A stretch of DNA of 56,151 bases from Minisyncoccota bacterium (GTDB taxonomy: Bacteria > Patescibacteriota > Minisyncoccia > Phycocordibacterales > UBA9973): NCBI GenBank assembly GCA_041657445.1, contig JBBABV010000003.1, positions 1-56,151 on the forward strand, written 5' to 3'. The translations under genes and the position numbers were made by a program. The notes below the pieces were generated by a model. It was not told the origin of the DNA. It saw only the letters and a program-made list of their open reading frames with translations, and ran no database searches. Below are positions 18,119 through 26,747 of the stretch, piece after piece; the stretch's first letter is position 1; each line of letters starts with the position of its first letter.

Positions 18119-20599
18119 TTACGATCCATGGCATTTTTTATACTTTTTACCTGACCCACAAGGACAGGGGTCATTTCTTCCGACCTTTTTGACTGTTTCA
18201 TTTGTTGATTGAGTATTATTTTTAAAAGAATCTTTTGATTTAGTCTGGCTAATAGAAAAATCTATTATTTTAGGTTTTTCAGGTTCAATTTTTCTTATGT
18301 TTTCTGTATTAATATTTTCTATCAAAGTAAGAACCTGTGCTTGAAATGTTTCTTCCATGTTTTTAAACATTCTCAATCCTTCTTTTTTATATTCTACGAT
18401 TGGTTCTCTTTGTCCGTATGCACGAAGATTTACTGAAGAGCGTAAATAATCCATCGCCTCTAAATGCTCCATCCAAAGAGTATCAGTGGTATAAAGAGAA
18501 ATACGACGAACAGTTTCAAAGAATTGTTCTTCTCCAAGTTTTTCCTTTTTCTCTTCTGTTAATTTTAATATCTCTTCATTATCTTCAGATATATCATGTA
18601 ATAAACTTTCTATTTTTTCTTTGTTTGCAAAAAGCATTTTTCTTCTTCTTTCATAGATTACATTTCTTTGATGATTAAGAACATCATCATATTCTAATGT
18701 ATGTTTGCGAGAATCAAAATGAAAACCTTCTATTCTTGCCTGTGCTCCTTCTAATTGTTTACTTATAAAATGATTTTCAATTGGGGCATCTTCTGGAATA
18801 CCAAATCTACCCATCATACTTTTTATTTTTTCAGAACCAAAGATACGCATTAAGTCATCTTCAAGAGAAACATAAAATTGTGTTTCTCCTGGATCCCCTT
18901 GACGACCAGAACGACCACGAAGTTGATTGTCTATTCGTCTTGCTTCATGTCTTTCAGTACCTAGAACAAAAAGACCTCCTGCTTTTTTTACTTTTTCATA
19001 TTCATCATCAGAATGAGGATTACCACCAAGTTTAATATCAATACCCCTACCTGCCATATTTGTAGCAATAGTCACTGCTCCAAGTTTTCCTGCTTGTGCT
19101 ATTATTTCTCCTTCTTTTTCGTGATTCTTTGCATTTAGAATTGTATGCTCTACTCCTTCTTGTTTAAGATATGCAGAAAGAAGTTCATTTTTTTCTATAG
19201 AAATGGTTCCAATCAAAACAGGTTGTCCTTTTTTGTTTAATTCTTTAACTCTTTTTGCTATTGCTTGAAACTTTCCTTTTTCAGTTTGATAAATTAAATC
19301 AGAGCGATCAATACGAACCATAGGTCTGTTAGTAGGAATTACTATCACATCTAAACCATACACTTTCAAAAATTCTTCTGAAGATGTCAGTGCTGTTCCT
19401 GTCATTCCTGATAATTTCTCGTAGAAACGAAAATAATTTTGAAAAGTTATAGAACCCGAGGACCTAGTCTCTCTTTCAATTTTTACTCCCTCCTTTGCCT
19501 CAATCGCTTGATGTATACCCTCAGACCATCTTCTTCCAGGCTGAAGTCTTCCAGTAAAAGGATCAACAATTATCACTTCTCCTTCTTTTACTACATAATC
19601 TCTATCCTTTTCAAAAAGTGCTTGGGCTTTTACTGCAGTTTCTAAATGATGAACATATTTTATTCCTTTTTCGGTATAAATATTTTCTATACCAAGTAAT
19701 CTCTCTGCTTTTGAAATTCCTTCATCTTTTAAAGTGATAGCCTTTAGTTTTTCATCTACTGTATAATCAGAGTCTTTTTTTAATTGCTTAGCAATTTCAA
19801 AGAATTTTAAATAAAAATCTTCTGATTCAGAAGAGGGTGAAGATATAATGAGAGGAGTTCTCGCTTCGTCAATAAGTATTGAATCAACTTCATCTACGAT
19901 AGCAAAATAATGTCCTCTTTGCATAATCAAAGATGAATTTGTGGCAAGATTATCTCTAAGATAATCAAAACCAAACTCATGATTTGTTCCATAGGTGATA
20001 TCAGCAAGATATGCTTCCTTCCTTTCACAAGGTTTTAAAAATTCATACAGAATTTTGTATTCTCCTACCTTATCTCTCTCTTTATCTACTTCAATATGTT
20101 TGGGGTCATATATATATGAAATATTTTGAGAATTTATAACACCCACAGTAAGACCAAGAAAATTATATATTTGTCCCATTAAGACAGCATCTCTTCTTGC
20201 GAGATAATCATTGACTGTAACAATATGCACTCCTTTTTCAGTTAGAGCATTTAGATATGCTGGTAGCGTAGCAGCAAGGGTTTTTCCTTCACCTGTTTTC
20301 ATTTCTACTATTTTACCTTTGTGAAGTGCTATACCACCAATAATTTGAACCTCATAATGTCTTTCATTTAAATTTCTTTTTGCTGCTTCTCTAACAAGAG
20401 CAAAGGCTTCAGGTAGTATATCATCAAGGGTTTCTCCACTCTTCAACCTATCCTTAAATTCCATAGTTTTTACTGGAAAATCTGCATCATTTAAAGACAA
20501 AACATCCTTTTCAAGGATATTGATTTCATTAATAAGCGCTTTCTGTTTAGCAATCCAACTTGTGCTTGTATCTCCAAAAATCTTCTTTAAAATACTCAT
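18119..20599 (-). CDS. secA: Preprotein translocase ATPase SecA
   Basis: 826 aa. MKTGEGKTL Walker A, DEVDSILIDEARTPLIIS, TNMAGRGIDI. C-terminal zinc motif CPCGSGKKYKKCHG. Confidence 0.95.
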   Translation of the reverse strand: MSILKKIFGDTSTSWIAKQKALINEINILEKDVLSLNDADFPVKTMEFKDRLKSGETLDDILPEAFALVREAAKRNLNERHYEVQIIGGIALHKGKIVEMKTGEGKTLAATLPAYLNALTEKGVHIVTVNDYLARRDAVLMGQIYNFLGLTVGVINSQNISYIYDPKHIEVDKERDKVGEYKILYEFLKPCERKEAYLADITYGTNHEFGFDYLRDNLATNSSLIMQRGHYFAIVDEVDSILIDEARTPLIISSPSSESEDFYLKFFEIAKQLKKDSDYTVDEKLKAITLKDEGISKAERLLGIENIYTEKGIKYVHHLETAVKAQALFEKDRDYVVKEGEVIIVDPFTGRLQPGRRWSEGIHQAIEAKEGVKIERETRSSGSITFQNYFRFYEKLSGMTGTALTSSEEFLKVYGLDVIVIPTNRPMVRIDRSDLIYQTEKGKFQAIAKRVKELNKKGQPVLIGTISIEKNELLSAYLKQEGVEHTILNAKNHEKEGEIIAQAGKLGAVTIATNMAGRGIDIKLGGNPHSDDEYEKVKKAGGLFVLGTERHEARRIDNQLRGRSGRQGDPGETQFYVSLEDDLMRIFGSEKIKSMMGRFGIPEDAPIENHFISKQLEGAQARIEGFHFDSRKHTLEYDDVLNHQRNVIYERRRKMLFANKEKIESLLHDISEDNEEILKLTEEKKEKLGEEQFFETVRRISLYTTDTLWMEHLEAMDYLRSSVNLRAYGQREPIVEYKKEGLRMFKNMEETFQAQVLTLIENINTENIRKIEPEKPKIIDFSISQTKSKDSFKNNTQSTNETVKKVGRNDPCPCGSGKKYKKCHGS

Positions 20600-20615
20600 T
20601 ACTCTATAATAACAT

Positions 20616-20676
20616 AAAAATAAAAAACCTCCGATTTTGTAAATTACCTAAGTAAAAACAAATCGGAGGTCTTTTT
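20616..20676 (-). terminator. Intrinsic terminator (usable in both directions) downstream of the small Lys-rich ORF
   Basis: 11-bp stem ACCTCCGATTT (20627-20637) / AAATCGGAGGT (20660-20670). A T-run follows on the minus strand. Confidence 0.6.
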
Positions 20677-20685
20677 ATAAAAAGA

Positions 20686-20769
20686 CTAAGCTCTCTTCTT
20701 TTTTGTTGCCTTTTTCTTTGCAACTTTTTTGGTTACCTTCTTCTTTGTTGCTTTTTTCTTTGCTGCCAT
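20686..20769 (-). CDS. 27-aa lysine-rich small protein (candidate)
   Basis: Hand translation: ATG (20767-20769) MAAKKKATKKKVTKKVAKKKATKKKRA TAG (20686-20688). Below the ORF-track length cutoff. A strong terminator follows directly. Confidence 0.4.
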   Translation of the reverse strand: MAAKKKATKKKVTKKVAKKKATKKKRA

Positions 20770-20910
20770 TTTTTTAAAAAATTAAATTTTTAATTTAGTT
20801 TACGATAATCACGACCTTAAAAAAATAATTATCGTTAAGAACATATTAATTATCTCGCATCTATAAAACAAACACAACACATTTTTTAAAAAACTGTGGA
20901 TAACTAAAAT

Positions 20911-20940
20911 AAAAAATCTCGAGACGAACGAGATTTTTTA
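20911..20940 (-). terminator. Intrinsic terminator of the candidate sRNA / ATP-grasp 3' region
   Basis: Stem ATCTCG (20916-20921) / CGAGAT (20929-20934), loop AGACGAA. A T-run follows on the minus strand. Confidence 0.6.
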
Positions 20941-21030
20941 AAAAGTTATTTTCATTTGAGGCGAGTGATGGCGAAACTCCAACATATGTGCCTATGTGAG
21001 TGCGATCACCCGCCACAGATAAAAACAACT
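20912..21030 (-). ncRNA. Candidate small structured RNA (unknown class)
   Basis: Relatively GC-rich ~70-nt core in an AT-rich spacer. On the minus strand AAGUUGUUUUUAU pairs with AUGAAAAUAACUU, and GGCGGGUGAU pairs with AUCACUCGCC. Three G-U pairs form only in this orientation. TTGTAT-17-TATACT promoter-like motif upstream, terminator downstream. Confidence 0.35.
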
Positions 21031-21075
21031 TACTATAAGTATAGTATAAAAAAAGTGTGAATACAAATTCATTGT

Positions 21076-22269
21076 TTATATTGATTTAGCACACAAATCC
21101 CAAATCATACCCGCAATGTTTTTGGGCTTTCCTTCTAATGCAAAATAATGAAGATCAATAAAAGGTAAAGTATTGCATTCAATGATTCCCCAATTTTGGT
21201 TTTTTTCTTCATCTTCTGGATTGGGAATTATACAGTCAATTCCAACTACAGGAAGATTAGTAATTCTTCCAACCTTTTCAAGAACAGGAATAAAACTTGG
21301 ATGAAGTTCATCAAGCATTTCTTTTGTTATACCCCCAAACAATCTTCCAATACGATGTGAAAGATCAATCTTTGTATTAAGAGGAAGAACATCAAAAATA
21401 TCATAACCTTTTCTTTTTATAAAACTAATTAATTCTTCTTCTATTTTCACATTTTCTACTCTTTCTAATTTATTTTTATTTTTTTCTTCGATCAACTCAA
21501 TTATTTTTTTCTTTCCATCACCAATTATTGAAGCAGGTTCTGCACGATAAAAACCAACAAGCTTACCATCTACACAGGTAGCTCTACATACATATCCAGA
21601 TAAATGTTCTTCCATGATTGCCTGAGGGTAGATCATAGTAGCAAGCTTATATGCTTTTTGAAAATCAGAAAAAGTATAAATGTTTGTAGTTGTATGTCTT
21701 CCCCTTGATCCTACTCTTGGCTTTACTATTATTGGTTTACTAAATTTTTCAAAAATAAATTTTCTTTTTTGTTTTGAAAATGGAACTACCTCATATAATG
21801 GAATAGGGATACTTTCTCCTTGAAATGCTTTTTTAATAAAAAATTTATCGTCCCACTTTTCATCAGGTCTATAAAAATTTGCAATAATAGGAAGACTATT
21901 AAAATAAATATCTTTATCTTTTAATCTAGCACGAAAATTATCAGTATATTTTCCAAAAACGACAACCTGTTCCATTTCTATTTTTCTTCTTTTTGCTTCC
22001 TCCCAAATTATTTTTGAACGGAGAGTAACTGATTTTTCAATATCATCAGAAAACTTAATAAACTTTAAAAAACAGGAAATGTTGAAAAAGAATGTTAATA
22101 AGTATTCAGCGCCTGATACAAAAAAGGTAGGGATAAGCCTTGTCATTTTCATAAAAAGAGGATCCAGAAAAACAGAAAACAAACCACTAAAATACAAAAA
22201 TTTATGATTTGTCGGAGCATCACCACAATAAGGACATATTTGTTTATTTTTTCTTCTCTTTTTTTCCAT
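21076..22269 (-). CDS. ATP-grasp protein resembling the cyanophycin-synthetase ATP-grasp half, with an N-terminal Cys motif and hydrophobic region
   Basis: KPIIVKPRVGSRGRHTTTNI, EEHLSGYVCRATCVDGKLVGF, GDGKKKIIELIEEKN and GGITKEMLDELHP...LPVVGIDCI follow the CphA/RimK-type ATP-grasp pattern. The N-terminus carries CPYCGD plus TM-like segments. There is no Mur-ligase-like C-terminal half. Confidence 0.6.
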   Translation of the reverse strand: MEKKRRKNKQICPYCGDAPTNHKFLYFSGLFSVFLDPLFMKMTRLIPTFFVSGAEYLLTFFFNISCFLKFIKFSDDIEKSVTLRSKIIWEEAKRRKIEMEQVVVFGKYTDNFRARLKDKDIYFNSLPIIANFYRPDEKWDDKFFIKKAFQGESIPIPLYEVVPFSKQKRKFIFEKFSKPIIVKPRVGSRGRHTTTNIYTFSDFQKAYKLATMIYPQAIMEEHLSGYVCRATCVDGKLVGFYRAEPASIIGDGKKKIIELIEEKNKNKLERVENVKIEEELISFIKRKGYDIFDVLPLNTKIDLSHRIGRLFGGITKEMLDELHPSFIPVLEKVGRITNLPVVGIDCIIPNPEDEEKNQNWGIIECNTLPFIDLHYFALEGKPKNIAGMIWDLCAKSI

Positions 22270-22463
22270 AATTTGTATAAATGCAAAGAGACAGCCAGTA
22301 GCTGTCCCTTTGTTTTAGTGGCCTCCCAAAGACATATTTTTGTATTTTTTATTCCATAATAAAGCGACCTCTCTTCATTATACTACACTTCATATATAGC
22401 AAGTTAATTTTTGTGGAAAAGTAAATACTTTTTATTGATACATTAGAAGACTGAACTCCTTTT

Positions 22464-23378
22464 TTATCTTAATGTTCTTTTTAATATATGCTCCAATATA
22501 TTGGATACTTTTTCTCCGATTAGTTCGGAAGATTCCTGTAGATGAGATTTTTCACTTATATCAGGAGAAAATTCAAAATGAGAAAGATAAATATCCTTCT
22601 TTGGCCCAAGAATGAATTCAGCATTTACATAATGAGTTCTAAAAAGATTTTGATGTAAATTTTTTACCAACCTTTCTATTGTTTCTTTTTCACCATTTTT
22701 ACCATCTAGAGATGAATTTCTTAAAAAAGGAAAAACATACACATCTTTACCTCTGTAATCAAGAATTGAGTGAGTTACTTCTTTCTTACCCTTAATATAC
22801 TCTTCTATAAAGACACTTTTATTTTTCATTGCAAAAATTTCAATCGCATTTACAAGTTCTGGAACAGTCCTTATCAAAAGATATTTTTCCCTAGGATTAA
22901 GAGGAAAGGATCTAACTCTCCAAGGAGGTGAAAATTTTTCTAAGACTGCTTTTGTCTTTTTTATAGAATATCTTTCTATATCTTCATCAAAATCTTTTTG
23001 AAAAGATGGAATTATTATATGCCTTGGTATTTTTACATCAAAATTTCTTAGGTGTTCCTCAAGAATTTTTTCTTTATCTCCAGTAAAGGAAGAATATCCT
23101 CCTGAAACATTTGCAATTTTTGAACTTCTTGTAAGAATATAACAGTCATCTCTTGTAGTATCCCAAAACATATCTGCCCTATTGTAAATTTCTTTATTGG
23201 ATATTGGTATTCCCTTTTCATACCATGAACCATTTTTATCAACAAAAAAATCAATGGGCTTCCATTTATTTGATAAATGAGTAGTTAAATGTAAAAGCAT
23301 TTCACTACCTTCTTGTAAGGACACTTCGTAGAAACCTCCTGTACCTCCTCTGATAATTCCAACTTTTTTCACTTCCAT
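22464..23378 (-). CDS. ddl: Divergent D-alanine--D-alanine ligase-like ATP-grasp protein
   Basis: The N-terminus KKVGIIRGGTGGFYEVSLQEGSEML parallels the Ddl pattern K.V.VLFGG.S.EHEVSL.SG. Length of 304 aa fits, but the rest is divergent. Confidence 0.55.
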   Translation of the reverse strand: MEVKKVGIIRGGTGGFYEVSLQEGSEMLLHLTTHLSNKWKPIDFFVDKNGSWYEKGIPISNKEIYNRADMFWDTTRDDCYILTRSSKIANVSGGYSSFTGDKEKILEEHLRNFDVKIPRHIIIPSFQKDFDEDIERYSIKKTKAVLEKFSPPWRVRSFPLNPREKYLLIRTVPELVNAIEIFAMKNKSVFIEEYIKGKKEVTHSILDYRGKDVYVFPFLRNSSLDGKNGEKETIERLVKNLHQNLFRTHYVNAEFILGPKKDIYLSHFEFSPDISEKSHLQESSELIGEKVSNILEHILKRTLR

Positions 23379-23426
23379 AATATCATTTATTATACATCAG
23401 GATTAAGTAAATAATAAATAGGAAAT

Positions 23427-23456
23427 AAAAAAAACACCTATAGAGGTGCTTTTTTA
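23427..23456 (-). terminator. Intrinsic terminator after the 16S trailer
   Basis: Stem CACCT (23435-23439) / AGGTG (23444-23448). On the minus strand it is followed by a run of eight T. Confidence 0.55.
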
Positions 23457-23462
23457 TAAAAT

Positions 23463-23487
23463 GCTGTTCTTTGTTTTGTTTCGTTCT
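23463..23487 (-). promoter_or_regulatory. 16S trailer half of the leader-trailer processing stem
   Basis: Complementary to 25922-25946 over 25 positions, with one G-U pair in the minus-strand RNA. This is the geometry of an RNase III processing stem. Confidence 0.7.
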
Positions 23488-23780
23488 TTGTTCTCAGTTA
23501 AGAGAACCATAACTTAAGGTCTTTCCCATTTGTCAGATTTGTTTTAGGACATTAAAATCATAGTCCATTGTACAGTCAATTGAGCTGTACAATATCGACT
23601 CAATAATCTATTTGTAAAAGGCGAACCTTTTAACAAAAAGAGATTTTCAAATTGAATTATTCCACGACCAGCTTCCGCTAGCCGTGCCTTGTTACGACTT
23701 ATTCCCTGTCACCGAGCTTACCGTAGTCCCTGCAAACGCAGAGCCTTCGGGTACTCCCGGCTCCCTTGAATTGACGGGCG

Positions 23781-24469
23781 AATGCGATTCTTAGAACATT
23801 TCGCGTTCCCACGTAGCATGCGGATTTCCCGCACTACGCGAGCCCAATAGTTTTTTTTATTCATTACTAATTTTCTTAGAAACACTTTGCAATGGATTCT
23901 TTTTGAAAATAAACATTTCCGCAGCCCAGTGTGTTTTTGATTTTCTCAAGTAATGGCTTATCTTTTTTCCTGCATTTTAATATAAAAATGCATTCTAATA
24001 CCATAACCCATTTTATAGGAGGAGGATTTCTACATTGCAACATGAAAACACCCTTCTCCGTCAGTTAATCCTACTATATAATCTTTTGATACTATTGGTT
24101 TTGTCCTTCCCATAATAATTTAAGTATAACACTAAATCAATATGGTACTACGACTCAGCTGACTTCTCGTATGCCTTGTATTTAAAGTAAATACAAATTT
24201 CCATTAACATACGAGATCTCCCACGGGTCACATATAATTCTATTCCACACATCCTGAAGATGCTTTTAAATGAATCTTCACTCTGCTCACCGCCCATTGA
24301 TTTGGTTCAGAGTTCGATTCGCATTTTTTAATTTCGGGCTATGTTTTGTTTAGAGATCCTCCGGACCAACTCCTCACGAAATTGGACCTATCTTTCAACT
24401 ACGCTCTTCTTATAAAAGAGGAGTGGATTTTAACCACTTAGTACTATATGCTGCCGGGCGCACTTATTT
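23781..24469 (-). mobile_element. Intervening sequence (intron-like) in 16S between positions equivalent to E. coli C1399 and C1400
   Basis: The conserved string GUACUCAC|CGCCCGUCA is split. Exon 1 ends at 24470 and exon 2 resumes at 23780 (ttgacgggcg). The ends are GC-rich and hairpin-rich, and the centre is AT-rich and holds the LAGLIDADG remnant. Confidence 0.8.
23876..24113 (-). pseudogene. Decayed LAGLIDADG homing-endonuclease ORF inside the 16S intervening sequence
   Basis: Hand translation from ATG at 24111-24113: MGRTKPIVSKDYIVGLTDGEGCFHVAM* (the LAGLIDADG/DGEGCF motif). It continues KSSSYKMGYGIRMHFYIKMQEKR*, and after a frame change DKPLLEKIKNTLGCGNVYFQKESIAKCF*. An in-frame stop, a frameshift and truncation are all present. 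Confidence 0.75.
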
Positions 24470-24534
24470 GTGAGTACAAGACTTGAGAACGTATTCACCG
24501 CGGTTTAGCTGACCCGCGATTACTAGCAATTCCA

Positions 24535-24571
<37 letters not shown>

Positions 24572-24968
24572 TAGGCCGCTTTTAAACGATTAGCTCAGAG
24601 TCACCTCGTCGCTGCGCGTTGTAACGGCCATTGTATTATGTGTGTAGCCCAGGGTATCAAAGGGACATGCTGACCTGGCGTCATCCTCTCCTTCCTCCCC
24701 CACCGGAAATCACAATTAAAATAATTATGAACTCTGGTGGGGGCAGTCTCGTGTGACACTTGTAACACACAATGAGGGTTGCGTTCGTTAGCCCACTTAA
24801 GGGTACAATTCAAACCACGAACTGACGACGGCCATGCATCACCTGTCCTACTGTCTTGCGAGGTCCTGACTTTCATCAGGATTTCAATAGGATTTCTAAC
24901 CCTGGTAAGGTTCTTCGTTTACCATCGAATTAAACCACATAATCCACTGCTTGTGCAAGTCCCCGTCT

Positions 24969-25000
<32 letters not shown>

Positions 25001-25501
25001 TCCCAGGCGCTTCTCTTAACGCGTTAGCTAAGGCTCTCAGAGGGTCGATACTCCGAAAACCGAGAGAAGATCGTTTAGGGCGTGGATTACTGGGGTATCT
25101 AATCCCATTCACTCCCCACGCTTTCGTGCTTCAGTGTCAAATATGCGCTAGTATACTGCTTTCGCTTTTGGTGTTCCCCATGATATCAACGGATATTACC
25201 CCTACACCATGAGTTCCGTATACCTCTCACACTTTCTAGTTTTGCCGTTTCTTTTGCGAATCCTCGGTTAAGCCGAGGGTTTTAACAAAAGACTAACAAA
25301 ACAACCTACGCACCCTTTACGCCCAATAATTCCGGATAACGCTCGAGGCTCTCGTATTACCGCTCCTGCTGGCACGAGATTAGGAGCCTCTTATTCATGA
25401 GGTACCGTCAATAAACTTCTTCCCTCATAAAAGATCTTTACATCCCAGAGGGACTTCATCAATCACGCGGCGTCGCTCCGTCAGGCTTTCGCCCATTGCG
25501 G

Positions 25502-25532
<31 letters not shown>

Positions 25533-25921
25533 ATGGTCCGTGTCTCAGTACCATCGGTGGGGGTCAGGCTCTCACCTCCCCTAGACGTCATTGCCTTGGT
25601 AGGCTATTACCCTACCAACTAGCTGATATCGCACAGGCCATTCCTCTAGCGCAACAGAAAAATCTGCTACTTTACTCTTGCGAGACCATCGTGTATTAGT
25701 TCGTCTTTCAACGAATTATTCACGACTAGAGGGGATGTTCCTATGTATTACTACCTCGTTCGCCACTAAAAAACGATCCCAATCTTTCAATCAATTCTTC
25801 TTGTATTGCTACTCAAAGTCTTTCATGCTTTCATGGGGTTTTTCCGTTCGACTTGCATGCCTTATCCACGCCGCCAGCGTTCATCCTGAGCTAGGATCAA
25901 ACTCTAACTATAAAGTTATAT

Positions 25922-25946
25922 AGAACGAAACAAAACAAAAAACAGC
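25922..25946 (-). promoter_or_regulatory. 16S leader half of the processing stem
   Basis: Pairs with 23463-23487 (see that feature). Confidence 0.7.
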
Positions 25947-26140
25947 AATGTCTTTAGTATTGTATTAGTTTGATCTTCACTCTTGGAATTAAAAAAATTC
26001 GAAAACTTGTCTTGATATAAATAATCAAGATCCCGATTCATCGGGACACATTCTCAAGTAATAATTAACTTTAGTTTTCAAGGATCAATGACCTTCATAA
26101 ACAAAAATGCCTTATCCGAAAGGATCAGACATTAGTGTTA

Positions 26141-26169
26141 AATATATACTAAGTAATCTTTAAAGTCAA
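26141..26169 (-). promoter_or_regulatory. Candidate sigma70-type promoter for the 16S gene
   Basis: Minus strand TTGACT (26164-26169), 17-nt spacer, TATATT (26141-26146). About 230 nt upstream of mature 16S. Confidence 0.5.
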
Positions 26170-26174
26170 GCAAA

Positions 26175-26747
26175 TTAAGGCACTGAACAGTCAATATCTT
26201 CTGGAAGATATTTTGCAACACCAAAATGTGGCTCATCACCTGCTATGTAGTGGCATAATCCTACTGACACTCCTACCTCTATCCATTCTTTATACCTTGA
26301 CCAGTCAGAGGGTGGTGTAATATCTACTGCAATACCAAGAGAATGATCAGAGTAGCAAGCTGGAGGAGTCCCTCCATCCCAAAATGCATGTCGTTTAGCT
26401 TCTATTTCTATAAATCTTCGTTGTAAATATGATAACTTACCAATCTCTTCAGGATTAATATGTTCATACTCTTCACATCTATATCCTTCAGTATAAGTCA
26501 TTCCTCTCATCCATCTCCATATCTCCCAAACAGAACGAAGATGTCTAGTATATTCACTTGGACGATATACTTGCCGAATATAAAGTGATTCACCCCACTT
26601 TTTTTCAAATTCTTCTACTGCTGGTTTTAATTCAATGACAGTGTTAGACCAATCTGCTCCAGGATATGGATCAATACCATCCCACTCCACAAATCCTGTA
26701 ATGGGAGTAAGTGTGAGAACGACTGTGGCTATGAGTGTTTGAAACAT
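26175..26747 (-). CDS. LAS-type zinc peptidase (M15, VanY/D-Ala-D-Ala carboxypeptidase-like)
   Basis: SDHSLGIAVDI (S.H..G.A.D motif) and a distal GDEPHFG His motif. N-terminal hydrophobic segment. Confidence 0.65.
   Translation of the reverse strand: MFQTLIATVVLTLTPITGFVEWDGIDPYPGADWSNTVIELKPAVEEFEKKWGESLYIRQVYRPSEYTRHLRSVWEIWRWMRGMTYTEGYRCEEYEHINPEEIGKLSYLQRRFIEIEAKRHAFWDGGTPPACYSDHSLGIAVDITPPSDWSRYKEWIEVGVSVGLCHYIAGDEPHFGVAKYLPEDIDCSVP

Noticed and set aside
23488-23650. GGUUCGCCUUUUA in the 16S trailer (about 23620-23632) as a displaced 3' tail / anti-SD after a second small insertion
   Set aside because: It only loosely resembles GGAUCACCUCCUUA and still lacks CCUCC, so it does not change the conclusion that a canonical anti-SD is absent.
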